In this document: piece after piece, positions 38,849 to 48,306 of the stretch
How the letters are laid out: every line of letters starts with the position of its first letter
Numbering within the stretch: the first letter of the stretch is position 1
Assembly (NCBI GenBank): GCA_963842945.1
Contig: CAWJIM010000023.1
Location: forward strand, 416,001 to 480,000
Direction: 5' to 3'
Source: an uncultured Gemmatimonadales bacterium
GTDB taxonomy: Bacteria; Gemmatimonadota; Gemmatimonadetes; Gemmatimonadales; GWC2-71-9
Length of the DNA stretch: 64,000 nt
The notes under the pieces: generated by a model
What the model was told of the DNA's origin: nothing
The model's database searches: none
What the model saw: only the letters and a program-made list of their open reading frames with translations
Program-made: the position numbers and the translations under genes

Positions 38849-40677
38849 AGCTCCGCGGCGACGGCGGGCTCTTCGTCGCGGAACTGAAGGTCATAGAGCC
38901 GGCGATAGAGTCCGCCGGTTTGCAGCAGCTTTTCGTGAGTCCCTCGTTCCATCAGCCGCCCCGCATCCAGCACCACGATCTCATCGGCATCACGGACAGT
39001 GGCCAGCCGGTGGGCGATCACCAGGACCGTGCGATGGTGCATCAGCCGTTCAATGGCCTGCTGTACCAATCGCTCCGATTCGGTGTCCAGTGCGCTGGTA
39101 GCTTCATCCAGAATCAGAATTGGAGGATCGCGCAGGAGCGCGCGGGCGATAGCAATCCGCTGCCGTTGGCCGCCCGATAGTCGGGTTCCTCGTTCCCCCA
39201 GCAGGGTGTCATAGCCATTGGGCAGCGCTGCAATGAACCCGGCAGCGTTTGCCGCCTTTGCCGCCGCCTCAACCTGCTCGCGGGTAGCGCCGGGGGAGCC
39301 GAATGCGATGTTCGCCAGAACGGTGTCGTTGAGCAGTACCGCCTCTTGACTCACCACTCCCATAAGAGCCCGCAGTGAGCGCCGGGTCAGCTTGGTAAGC
39401 GGCACACCATCCATCAGAATCTGACCCGAGGTGGGGTCGTGAAACCGGGGAAGCAGATCGGCGGCTGTGGTCTTGCCTGCCCCGGACGGGCCGACCAGAG
39501 CCACGATTTTGCCTCGCGGCATTCGGAAGGAGACCTCGTTCAGTACCAGGTCTCCGCTGCCATACCTGAATGACACGTTGTCGAACACAATCTCACGCTC
39601 GAATTTGGCCGTTTCCTCCCCGGGCACCTCCAGCTCGGCTGGGGGTTGATCCAGCAGGTCGAATACCCGCTCGGCGCTGGCCAGGGTCACCGCCATGGCG
39701 GCCGGGAAAGAGGCGATCGTCTTAAGCGGAGAGGAGAGCTTCAGCGCGGCCATCAGGAATACGATGATCGCCTCAGGCGCGAGTGCGGACTGCAATCCCA
39801 CCAGGCCGGGCTTGGTTCCTGCCCAGATAATCAGAATGACCAGAAACCCGGAGAAGATCTCGGTCAGCGGGCTGGTGAGAGAAGAGAAGCGTTGGGTCCG
39901 GATGACCCGCTTGCGGTACCGCTCGGCCTGGGCGCGGAACCGGGAGCTCTCCCGTTGCTCTTCACCGTACGCCCGGATCAGCCGGATAGCACCCAGCCGC
40001 TCGGTGATCGTGGCGGTAATCTCCCCCCTTTCCCGCGCCCGAGCCTGGGCGTGGCCCCTGAGCCGCCGAAGCAGTATCTGCAGCCCGAGCACTAACAGCG
40101 GAACGAAGGCGAGTGTCAGGATGGTGAGCCGGATCGAAATCTGGCTCAGGATGAAAAGCGTGGTCGCCACCACCACGAGATTCTGAAACAGCGACAGCAG
40201 CGAAGCCGTGATGACGGTCTTGGTCTGGTCCACCTCAGTGATCATCGAGGAAATGAGCTGACCCGCCCGGGTCCGCTGGAAGAAATCCATCTCCAGGGTC
40301 AGCAGATGGGAGAACAGGCGCGACCTCACGTCGCGCACCAGCCCTTCCTGCGCTCGCACCGAGATTTGAGACGAGGCATAGCTCAGGACGTTTTTCAGCA
40401 GAAGTCCCAAAGCCAGGAGCACCACCAACCGGCCTGCTGCCTGGCCCGGGCCGACTCCGGCCACCATCGGCTCGACCAGCTTGTCCATCAGCTCTTCCAA
40501 CCGGGTGGAGCCGGGACGGAGCTGACCGGCGGTGCCGAACAGGTGTTTGAGGAGAGGGATCAGGACAACGAGCGTGAATCCATCGAGCAGCGAGGCCAAC
40601 GAGGTAGTGACCAGCCCCAGGGCGAGGAGAGTTCGGTAGGGTCGGACCAGCCGGAGGAGCCGGAGCTCGGTGCGCAC
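38845..40677 (-). CDS. msbA: MsbA-like ABC exporter (TMD + NBD)
   Basis: GPSGAGKT, LSGGQRQR, ILDEATSALD, IAHRL; adjacent to LPS glycosyltransferases. Confidence 0.8.
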   Translation of the reverse strand: MRTELRLLRLVRPYRTLLALGLVTTSLASLLDGFTLVVLIPLLKHLFGTAGQLRPGSTRLEELMDKLVEPMVAGVGPGQAAGRLVVLLALGLLLKNVLSYASSQISVRAQEGLVRDVRSRLFSHLLTLEMDFFQRTRAGQLISSMITEVDQTKTVITASLLSLFQNLVVVATTLFILSQISIRLTILTLAFVPLLVLGLQILLRRLRGHAQARARERGEITATITERLGAIRLIRAYGEEQRESSRFRAQAERYRKRVIRTQRFSSLTSPLTEIFSGFLVILIIWAGTKPGLVGLQSALAPEAIIVFLMAALKLSSPLKTIASFPAAMAVTLASAERVFDLLDQPPAELEVPGEETAKFEREIVFDNVSFRYGSGDLVLNEVSFRMPRGKIVALVGPSGAGKTTAADLLPRFHDPTSGQILMDGVPLTKLTRRSLRALMGVVSQEAVLLNDTVLANIAFGSPGATREQVEAAAKAANAAGFIAALPNGYDTLLGERGTRLSGGQRQRIAIARALLRDPPILILDEATSALDTESERLVQQAIERLMHHRTVLVIAHRLATVRDADEIVVLDAGRLMERGTHEKLLQTGGLYRRLYDLQFRDEEPAVAAEL

Positions 40678-40679
40678 GC

Positions 40680-42245
40680 CTAGCCCTGTCGCGGAGTCAG
40701 CAGGGCGATCGGTAGGACAACTTCTTCCGGCGAAACGCCGCCATGGAGAAATGCGCCCCGGTATCGCGCCTGATACTCGCGGAGCTTGGTCGGGTACACG
40801 AAGAAACGATCGCCGGTGGCTAGCAGGAGCCGCGTGCCAGGCGACCTCGTCGGCAGCCCAAAGCTGGACAGATCCTCCACCACGACTGCCGACTCTGGAT
40901 CCTGAGCCCGGAGATCTTCACCGAACTTGTATCTCAAATTCGAGGTCGTGTCGCGCTTGGCAAACACCGTGGCCGGCGTATGGCAGTGAATCGACCCATG
41001 GTCGGTGGTCAGCAGAACGGGCACCGCTCGCCGCTCCGCTTCCCGGAGCGCGTCCCACAGCGGGGAGCGCTCGAACCAGGTGCGGGTCAGGTTGCGCAGC
41101 GCCGGCGTGTCCCGCGCCACCTCGAACAGGGTGGAATTCTCGGTCCGTCCATGGGTGAGCTGGTCGATGAAGTTGAACACCAGCGCGGTGACGCCCTCCT
41201 TCGCCAGGTGGGCCGGGAGGCGCTTGAGCAGGCCTTCGCCATCCGCTGCGGTGAAGACCTTCTCGTAGTGGATGGGGACCGAACGGCCGGTGAGCTCGCG
41301 CATGTGCTCGCTCAGCAGCTCGGCTTCATGGGCGTTGAGACTGGCGTCCTCGCGGTCGTTCCACCAGTGGGGATAGCGGGCCTTGATCTCTGCCGGAAAG
41401 AGTCCGCTAAAGATGGCGTTGCGGGCAAAAGGCGTAGCGGTGGGCAGAATCGAAAAATAGTGCGCCGTCTCGATGTCAAACCGCGCGCTGATCAGCGGAC
41501 GTATCATTGCCCACTGGTCCAGCCGGAGGCAGTCCACTACTACCAGCATGGCCCGGCCGTGGAGGTCCAGTATCGGACGGAGAAACTCCGCTCCGATATC
41601 CACCGAGAGCGGAGGACGGTCGCTCCCCTCCTCGCGCAGCCAGTTGGCGTAGTTTCGCTGCAGGTACCGCGCGAAATCCTGGCGGAGACTCTCCTGCAGA
41701 GTCCGCAACGCGTCCTGCAGCCCAGGCTCGTCCGCCTGACCGAGCCGGACTTCCCACTCGGCCAGCTCCACCACCAGCTCCACCCACTCGCGCCAGGCCA
41801 GGGGCCCGCCGCGCCGTGCCTCCAATTCACGAAAACGGGTAGCGAAGTCGCGGGAGAGCCGCTGCTGCCGGATGCGATCGCCCTCCAGCAACCGGGTGAC
41901 CACTGAAAGAATCTGCCGGGGGTTCACCGGCTTGATCAGATAGTCGGAGATCTCCGCGCCAATGGCGTCCTTGAGGGTGTCGGGCTCTTCGCTCTTGGTC
42001 ACCATCACCACGGGCATGCCGTGGTCGATAGCCCGGATGGCCTGAAACAGATCGAGCCCACGCCGGCCCGGCATCTGCTCATCCAACAGCACCACGCCAT
42101 AGGGCTGCCGCTGGAGCAAAACCAGCGCGTCGTCACCATGCGTGCTGGTCTCGACCGCGAATCCCTGCTCTTCCAGAAACATGATGTGTGACGTGAGGCT
42201 TTCGACCTCGTCGTCCACCCAGAGAATACTTTTTGGACGGGGCAT
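40680..42245 (-). CDS. PorX-like response regulator with C-terminal PglZ / alkaline-phosphatase domain
   Basis: ILWVDDE, LLDEQMPG, MVTKSEE; VDCLRLDQW, LPTATPFARNAIFSG, TTDHG, HGGVSPEE. Confidence 0.88.
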   Translation of the reverse strand: MPRPKSILWVDDEVESLTSHIMFLEEQGFAVETSTHGDDALVLLQRQPYGVVLLDEQMPGRRGLDLFQAIRAIDHGMPVVMVTKSEEPDTLKDAIGAEISDYLIKPVNPRQILSVVTRLLEGDRIRQQRLSRDFATRFRELEARRGGPLAWREWVELVVELAEWEVRLGQADEPGLQDALRTLQESLRQDFARYLQRNYANWLREEGSDRPPLSVDIGAEFLRPILDLHGRAMLVVVDCLRLDQWAMIRPLISARFDIETAHYFSILPTATPFARNAIFSGLFPAEIKARYPHWWNDREDASLNAHEAELLSEHMRELTGRSVPIHYEKVFTAADGEGLLKRLPAHLAKEGVTALVFNFIDQLTHGRTENSTLFEVARDTPALRNLTRTWFERSPLWDALREAERRAVPVLLTTDHGSIHCHTPATVFAKRDTTSNLRYKFGEDLRAQDPESAVVVEDLSSFGLPTRSPGTRLLLATGDRFFVYPTKLREYQARYRGAFLHGGVSPEEVVLPIALLTPRQG

Positions 42246-42259
42246 GTCGTAAACTAAAG

Positions 42260-42332
42260 GCGGAAACGCTGAACGGTGAAGGGTGAACCGACCGGGAGCT
42301 TCAATTCACCGTTTACCGTTTACCGTTCACGC
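42260..42332. repeat. Heptamer-repeat palindrome between divergent genes
   Basis: Arm GCGGAAACGCTGAACGGTGAAGGGTGAA (42260-42287) is an imperfect inverted copy of TTCACCGTTTACCGTTTACCGTTCACGC (42305-42332). Confidence 0.75.
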
Positions 42333-42345
42333 AGTACCTTGACGC

Positions 42346-43368
42346 GTGCCCGACGCCGTTTCACCGCCCAATATTCTCGCCGTACGTTTCAGCTCCATCG
42401 GCGACGTGCTGCTTACCACGCCGCTGCTGCGCGCTTTGAAATCCCGCTACCCGTCGGCCCGGATCACCTTTCTTACCAAGGATCCATACGTTCCCCTCCT
42501 GAGTGCTAACCCGCATGTCAGCGAAGTGATCGGGATAACCCGCCAGCGTGGTCTGAGTGACCTGGCCGCAGAGCTCCGGCAACACCGCTTCACCCATCTG
42601 CTGGACCTCCACGACAGCTTGCGCTCCCGAGCGCTCCGGCTCCTGGTGCCGGGCAACTGGACGAGCTACCCGAAACACCGAATTGCACGTGCCATCCTGA
42701 TTCACACCAAGCGCAATGTGTACCGGGATTCTCGGCCGGTGGCCGAACGATACTTCTCGGCAGCCCGTGAGCTGGAGGTAAAGCCGGATGGCGGTCCACC
42801 TGATCTGTTCTGGGATTCGGCCGCGGAGCGGATGGTACTCGGATGGTTCCATCAGGCGGGTGTTCCCGAGATGACCCGTCCGGTTGCCCTCGCTCCGGGA
42901 GCAGCCCACGCCACCAAGCGCTGGCCCGTGGAGCACTGGCGAGATCTGACCCGCCACCTGGTCGAGCAGGGATGCCAGGTGATAGTGATTGGTGGACCCG
43001 ACGACGCGTCGCTGGGTTCCGATCTTGCTCGTGTGGCTCCGCACCAGGTGCTCAATGCAGTGGGGCAGTTCCAGCTCCAGGAGACTGGAGCTCTGCTCCA
43101 GCGAGCGTCCGTGGTGGTCTCCGGCGATACCGGGGTGATGCACATGGCCACTGCGGTAGGCACTCCCGTCGTGGCCCTCTTCGGGCCTACGGTCCAGCCA
43201 TTCGGATTCTTTCCCTACAGCAAGCGGGCACGCGTGCTGGAGCTGACCCTGGGTTGCCGACCGTGCACCAGCAAGGGTGGCTCCCGCTGTCCTCTGGGCC
43301 ATCATCGTTGTCTGCGGGATATCACTCCGGAATTGGTGCACGAGGCGCTATGCCGGACCGTGTTGTAA
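42346..43368 (+). CDS. waaF: GT9 LPS heptosyltransferase (WaaF-like)
   Basis: RFSSIGDVLLTTP, APGAAHATKRWP, SGDTGVMHMA, LFGPT, CRPC. Confidence 0.8.
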   Translation: MPDAVSPPNILAVRFSSIGDVLLTTPLLRALKSRYPSARITFLTKDPYVPLLSANPHVSEVIGITRQRGLSDLAAELRQHRFTHLLDLHDSLRSRALRLLVPGNWTSYPKHRIARAILIHTKRNVYRDSRPVAERYFSAARELEVKPDGGPPDLFWDSAAERMVLGWFHQAGVPEMTRPVALAPGAAHATKRWPVEHWRDLTRHLVEQGCQVIVIGGPDDASLGSDLARVAPHQVLNAVGQFQLQETGALLQRASVVVSGDTGVMHMATAVGTPVVALFGPTVQPFGFFPYSKRARVLELTLGCRPCTSKGGSRCPLGHHRCLRDITPELVHEALCRTVL

Positions 43369-43751
43369 ATGGATGGGACCCGGCAGCCGTCGCGTTGCTT
43401 TCGCTGCTGACCCAGACCGGACGCGGGCCCAAGCGCGGCGGGCTATTTGCGTTGTGGCTCACCCTCAGGGTGGCCCAGGATCTCCTGGTGGATGGGGCTT
43501 GGCAGGAACGGGCCCAACGCCGCCGGGTTCAGGCTCTGGAGCGACGGCTCTCGAGCCTGGCGATGCCCTCTCCGCTACGGCGCGCACTAGTGGCAGCGGT
43601 GGGCCAGCTGCGGGAGCTCCGGCCGGAGACTGTTCCCCAGATCCTGAGTCAGCTGGTTGCGCCGGCGCGGGAGACCGAAGGCTCCGAGGCCGCGGAGGCT
43701 CTTACTTTGGCAGTGCGCCGGGCCAAGCAGCAGATCAGAGGCGAGACTTAA
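43350..43751 (+). CDS. Hypothetical alpha-helical protein (133 aa)
   Basis: Fills the gap between the GT9 gene and the DnaB-like gene, tightly coupled to both. Confidence 0.6.
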   Translation: MPDRVVNGWDPAAVALLSLLTQTGRGPKRGGLFALWLTLRVAQDLLVDGAWQERAQRRRVQALERRLSSLAMPSPLRRALVAAVGQLRELRPETVPQILSQLVAPARETEGSEAAEALTLAVRRAKQQIRGET

Positions 43752-43753
43752 CC

Positions 43754-44630
43754 ATGCGGCGTCCCTCAAAACACTCCGCCCGCGGATCGGATTCGATGCT
43801 GGAAGAGCTGGTGACCCAGATCGATCAACGCTCGGGCCAAAGCCTCCCAGCCGACACTGTCCCCACCGGCTTTCCTTCACTCGATAAGGTGCTGGCCGGG
43901 GGTCTTCGGCAAAAAGACCTCATCGTGCTGGCCGGCGATGTCGGCAGCGGGAAGTCGGCGCTGGCTCTGGAAATCGGGATCCGCGCCGCAGCCGCGCAGG
44001 TACCGACGTTGTACCTGTCGGGCGAAATGAGTCCCGATCGCGTGCTCGAGCGGGCTCTGGCAATCGAAGGCCGCAGCAGCATCGATGACTTACGGCAGGG
44101 GCGCCTGGATGATTCGGGCCGGGCCGCGGTCGGGGCGGCAGCGCTGCGACTGCGGAATGCCCCGCTCCTGGTGCGGCCGCTGCTGGGCTCCAGCTTCGAT
44201 GAAGTCGCGGTTGGCCATTGATATCGTGCCGCGGCGTCGTCTACTGATCGTAGACTCGCTTCAGCTCACTACGCCGCCCCGCTCGGCCGCCAGGCTTCAG
44301 GAACGGGTGGCGCTAGCGGTTCGAGCCTTGAAGGCGCTCGCAGTGGAATGGGATCTGGCGGTAGTGGTTACAGCCCAGCTTCCGGGACACCGGGCCAGCC
44401 GTCCCGATCCCCGCCCTACCCTCGACGACCTCGGCGGATTCGGTGCGGTCAAGCAGAATGCTGATGTAGTCCTGATGATCTATCGGGAGGAGATGTACCG
44501 CCCGGGTCAGGGAGTTGAGGGTGCAGCGGAGCTCATTGTCGCCAAAAATCGCAACGGGTCGCCCGGGTTTGTTGACCTCTACTTCTATCCGCGGTGGCTC
44601 CGGTTCGTGGACATGCTCGACCCCGATTGA
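43754..44630 (+). CDS. DnaB-like helicase, C-terminal (RecA-fold) domain only; frameshift at ~44210
   Basis: VPTGFPSLD, GDVGSGKS, SGEM, IVDSLQL, AQL, ADVVLMIYRE, IVAKNRNG. Confidence 0.85.
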
Positions 44631-44646
44631 TTCTCGAGGAGCGCCC

Positions 44647-45097
44647 CTAGCTTCGCGGCTTCTTGCTGCTGGAGCTATCCGCTTTTGGGTGCGCCGCCGT
44701 CGAGTCCTTCTCCAGAGCGGCACCGGTCAGCTGAACCATGGTGCCCGAACGGTCGCTAGCCCGCCAGATCCTCACCCACAGCGGTGGGCCATCGTGCTCC
44801 GCGTACAGCGCGGTAACCCCATCCTTCCCCTTGATGTCACTGACCAGCCGCCACTCTCCCTTACTGAGCAGGTTGCGATAGTAGTGAGTGACCTGGCTGT
44901 CGTCGGCCGGCGTGTGGATGGTCAGCTGAATGGCCCCCGCTCCGCCAACCTGCGAGACCAGCTCCGGATTGGGCGGAAGAGGAAGAGAGGAGAAAGCGTC
45001 TTGGAAGGCAGGAGGCTTTGGCTTGCGCGATTCGGACTCGCAGGCGAGCAACAACACTACGCAATGCGACCGAAAACAGGAGTCGTGTTTTGGGCAT
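44647..45097 (-). CDS. Hypothetical lipoprotein, frameshift in the signal-peptide region
   Basis: MPKTRLLFSVA joined across a frameshift to VVLLLAC (lipobox-like) and a body with HYYR..L...WRL. Confidence 0.55.
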
Positions 45098-45126
45098 AGA
45101 GGGGTGAGACTAGTGGAGTGAATTCG

Positions 45127-45155
45127 TTGCCGCAAGCGGGTGCGCCGCTTATGTT
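45127..45155 (+). promoter_or_regulatory. sigma70-like promoter of the yebC-ruv superoperon
   Basis: TTGCCG-17 nt-TATGTT; AAGGAG RBS precedes yebC. Confidence 0.55.
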
Positions 45156-45213
45156 TCCCTAGCCGCACCGCTTTCCGCAACCTCCCATCCGCTGTTTCGA
45201 AGGAGTTCGGCTC

Positions 45214-45963
45214 ATGGCCGGCCATAGCAAGTGGAAGCAGATCAAACGGAAGAAGGCGATCACCGACGCCAAGCGGGCCTCGTCCTGGACTAAGGTGATC
45301 CGGGAGATCACCGTGGCGGCCCGAAGTGGCGGGGGCGATCCGGGAGGGAACCCTCGGCTGCGGACGGCAATCGATGCGGCCAAGGCGGTCAACATGCCGG
45401 GGGAGAACATCGACCGCGCCATCAAGAAAGGCACCGGCGAGCTGGAGGGAAGCGTCTACGAGGAGCTGACCTACGAAGGTTATGGCCCGGGAGGCGCGGC
45501 CATTTTCATCGAGGCCACTACCGACAATCCCAACCGGACAGTGGCGGAAATCCGTCACGCCTTCAGCCGGAACGGTGGAAATCTGGGGGCCACGAATTCC
45601 GTGGCTTGGATGTTCGACCGCAAGGGCCAGATCTATCTCGACGCTGCTCGGCACGATGAAGACGGTGCCCTTGAGGCGGCGCTGGAGAGCGGCGCTGAAG
45701 ATTTCGTCCGCGAAGGCGATCAGTACATCGTTACCACCACTCCATCACAGCTCCACGCCGTCCAGGACGCCCTGCGCAGCCGTGGGTTCACCTTTGATTC
45801 GGCCGAGCTGGCGATGGTTCCCCGCAACACGGTTCGCGTGGAAGGAGCCGACGCCGAGCGTATGGTACGGCTCATGGACGTGCTCGAAGAGCTGGATGAC
45901 GTTTCCAAGGTTTTCTCCAACTTCGATATCGACGCAGCCCAGCTGGCCGAGGCGGAAGCCTGA
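45214..45963 (+). CDS. yebC: YebC/PmpR family protein
   Basis: MAGHSKW, NPRLR, YEGYGPGG, TDNPNRT, LDDVSKVFSN. Confidence 0.97.
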   Translation: MAGHSKWKQIKRKKAITDAKRASSWTKVIREITVAARSGGGDPGGNPRLRTAIDAAKAVNMPGENIDRAIKKGTGELEGSVYEELTYEGYGPGGAAIFIEATTDNPNRTVAEIRHAFSRNGGNLGATNSVAWMFDRKGQIYLDAARHDEDGALEAALESGAEDFVREGDQYIVTTTPSQLHAVQDALRSRGFTFDSAELAMVPRNTVRVEGADAERMVRLMDVLEELDDVSKVFSNFDIDAAQLAEAEA

Positions 45964-45973
45964 GGGCACCCCG

Positions 45974-46486
45974 GTGAGGGTGCTCGGCATCGATCCGGGA
46001 ACTGCGGTGCTGGGGTATGGGGTGGTCGATGGCGGATCGGGCCGACATCCCGTGCTGGTCGAGTGCGGCACCCTGACGGCCCCCTCCCGAGCGCCGCTAC
46101 CGGTCCGCCTTCGCGTGCTCTATGAGGGCGTCAGTGAGCTGCTCAGCCGCCACACTCCTGGAGCATTGGCGGTCGAAAGCGCCTTTTACGGGCGCAACGT
46201 TCGCACCGCTGTGGTATTGAGTCATGCGCGCGGAGTGATCCTGCTGGCCGGCGAGCTCGCCAGGGTGGATCTCGCGGAGTACTCTCCGGCCTCGGTCAAG
46301 AAAGCCATTGTCGGACGAGGCGCCGCCCTGAAGCCCCAAGTGGGCTACATGGTGGCGCAGCTCCTTCGACTGAGCGCCCCCCCGTCCCCGGAAGACGCAG
46401 CCGACGCCGTCGCCGTGGCTCTTACCCACCTCATGATCGGCACCCGCCGTGCTCTGTTCGCGCCGCAGGTGGCGAGCCGCCTGTGA
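45974..46486 (+). CDS. ruvC: Holliday junction resolvase
   Basis: VLGIDPG, AVE, HARGV, VKKAIVG.G.A.K.QV, DAADAVA. Confidence 0.95.
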   Translation: MRVLGIDPGTAVLGYGVVDGGSGRHPVLVECGTLTAPSRAPLPVRLRVLYEGVSELLSRHTPGALAVESAFYGRNVRTAVVLSHARGVILLAGELARVDLAEYSPASVKKAIVGRGAALKPQVGYMVAQLLRLSAPPSPEDAADAVAVALTHLMIGTRRALFAPQVASRL

Positions 46487-47082
46487 TCGCCACGTTGACC
46501 GGGGTCGTGGCTGAGCGCGATGGCGAATCGCTCGTGGTTCAAACCGATGGAGGTGTAGGCTACGCCGTGAGCGTGCCGGTCGGCGTGGCGCAACGCCTGC
46601 CGTCCCGAGGCGCGCGTGTGAGTCTCTTCACCGAGCTGGTGGTGAAAGAAGACGGCTGGTCGTTGTACGGTTTCGATAGCTCAGTGGAACGGCTGGTGTT
46701 CCGCCATCTTTTGAGCGCCAGTGGATTCGGGCCCAAGCTCGCCCTTGCCCTCCTTTCAGCGCTCGGTCCCGAACGCACGGTTCGCAGCATCCAGGCCCGG
46801 GACCTGTCCACGCTCAGCTCGGTGAGTGGCATCGGGCGCAAAAAGGCGGAACGGTTGGTGCTCGAGCTGCAGGATCGATTCAGCGATGTGGTGGTCGAAA
46901 CGAAGCTCCCCCGAGTTGAAGGTTCGGAGGATGCAGTGCGGGCACTGGTGGGGCTCGGCTACGGCATGGCGGCGGCCGACGATGCAGTGCGTACCGCGTT
47001 GGCCGAAGGAGTGCCCCGGGAAACGCCTCAGCTCATTCGTCGGGCACTGCAGCAACTGACTCCTTCTCGGGGAGGCGTATAA
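46483..47082 (+). CDS. ruvA: Holliday junction DNA-binding subunit
   Basis: MIATLTG, GGVGY, LYGF, SGFGPKLAL, GIGRKKAERLVLEL, ALVGLGY. Confidence 0.96.
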   Translation: MIATLTGVVAERDGESLVVQTDGGVGYAVSVPVGVAQRLPSRGARVSLFTELVVKEDGWSLYGFDSSVERLVFRHLLSASGFGPKLALALLSALGPERTVRSIQARDLSTLSSVSGIGRKKAERLVLELQDRFSDVVVETKLPRVEGSEDAVRALVGLGYGMAAADDAVRTALAEGVPRETPQLIRRALQQLTPSRGGV

Positions 47083-47084
47083 GC

Positions 47085-47261
47085 ATGGTGACTCCGGCCA
47101 CGACGGCCGAATGGATCTGCACCCGTTGCGGTGCGACCAATCGGAAGCTGGTCCCGCTCCGGACAACGCAGACCGCGGACCGATGCGTCACGTGTCACGC
47201 CGAACACGTGGTGGAGCTCGACAGCCGTCCGGTTCGGTGGCGGGCGCGTTTAGAAGAGTGA
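47085..47261 (+). CDS. 58-aa zinc-ribbon-like microprotein, absent from the ORF track
   Basis: [66 protein letters not shown]; two CxxC; fills the ruvA-ruvB gap. Confidence 0.75.
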   Translation: MVTPATTAEWICTRCGATNRKLVPLRTTQTADRCVTCHAEHVVELDSRPVRWRARLEE

Positions 47262-47280
47262 GCGCTTACGTTTCTCTGCT

Positions 47281-48306
47281 ATGACCCGACTTCAGATCAC
47301 CACTCCCGAAGCAATACCCGAGGAAAGCAGCGCCGACGCGGCCCTCAGGCCCTCGCGGCTGGATGAGTTCGTGGGTCAGAGCCAGGTCAAGGCCTCGCTC
47401 CAGATCGCCATCGATGCCGCGAAGAAGCGCCGGGAAACCCTCGACCATACCCTGTTCTTCGGGCCGCCTGGCCTGGGCAAGACCACGCTGGCGATGTTGA
47501 TGGCCCGGGAAATGGGGGTACAACTTCGGACCACCTCCGGTCCCGTACTGGAGAAGCCAGGCGATCTGGTTGGCTTGCTCACCTCGCTCACTGCCGGTGA
47601 CATGCTGTTCATCGACGAGATTCACCGTCTGCGGCCGGCGCTCGAAGAGTTTCTCTACGCCGCCATGGAGGACTTCCGGATCGACGTACGGATCGCCGAG
47701 GGCCCCAACGCCCAGACGATTCCGATGACACTGGAGAAGTTCACCCTCATCGGCGCGACTACCCGCTTCGGCTTGCTGACGCCGCCCATGCGAGCCCGAT
47801 TTGGGATCGTCGAACGGTTGAGCTTCTACCCCGCCGATGAGCTCCGCCAGATCGTCACCCGCTCGGCCGCGATTCTGGGCGTGCCGATGGAGCCGGCTGG
47901 GGCCGATGAGATCGCCCGCAGGAGTCGGGGAACACCGCGCGTCGCCAACCGCCTCCTGCGCCGAGTCAGGGACTACGCGGAGGTCAAGGCAGACGGCACC
48001 ATCACCTCTGACGTTGCCGTTTCGGCCCTCGCGCGGCTCAACGTGGATGAATTCGGGTTGGACGACATGGACGCCCGGATTCTCAGCACCATCATCGAGA
48101 AGTTCAGCGGCGGACCGGTAGGGCTAGGCACCGTGGCTGTGGCCGTGGGCGAAGATGCCGGGACGCTGCAGGATGTCTACGAGCCCTATCTGATTCAGCA
48201 GGGCTTCCTCGAGCGCACCCCTCGCGGACGGTGCGCCACCGCGCTGGCCTACCGCCGGTTCGGACTCAAGCCGCCCGCAGTCCAAGCGACCATCTTTGAC
48301 GGCTGA
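47281..48306 (+). CDS. ruvB: Holliday junction branch-migration ATPase
   Basis: [50 protein letters not shown]. Confidence 0.98.
   Translation: MTRLQITTPEAIPEESSADAALRPSRLDEFVGQSQVKASLQIAIDAAKKRRETLDHTLFFGPPGLGKTTLAMLMAREMGVQLRTTSGPVLEKPGDLVGLLTSLTAGDMLFIDEIHRLRPALEEFLYAAMEDFRIDVRIAEGPNAQTIPMTLEKFTLIGATTRFGLLTPPMRARFGIVERLSFYPADELRQIVTRSAAILGVPMEPAGADEIARRSRGTPRVANRLLRRVRDYAEVKADGTITSDVAVSALARLNVDEFGLDDMDARILSTIIEKFSGGPVGLGTVAVAVGEDAGTLQDVYEPYLIQQGFLERTPRGRCATALAYRRFGLKPPAVQATIFDG

Noticed and set aside
40680..42245. BREX defence system (PglZ domain)
   Set aside because: PglZ is fused to a receiver domain as in PorX; no brxC, pglX or brxL nearby
43754..44630. Prophage replication module or programmed frameshift in the DnaB-like gene
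   Set aside because: No phage genes or integrase nearby; no slippery heptamer at the break, which resembles the other indel errors
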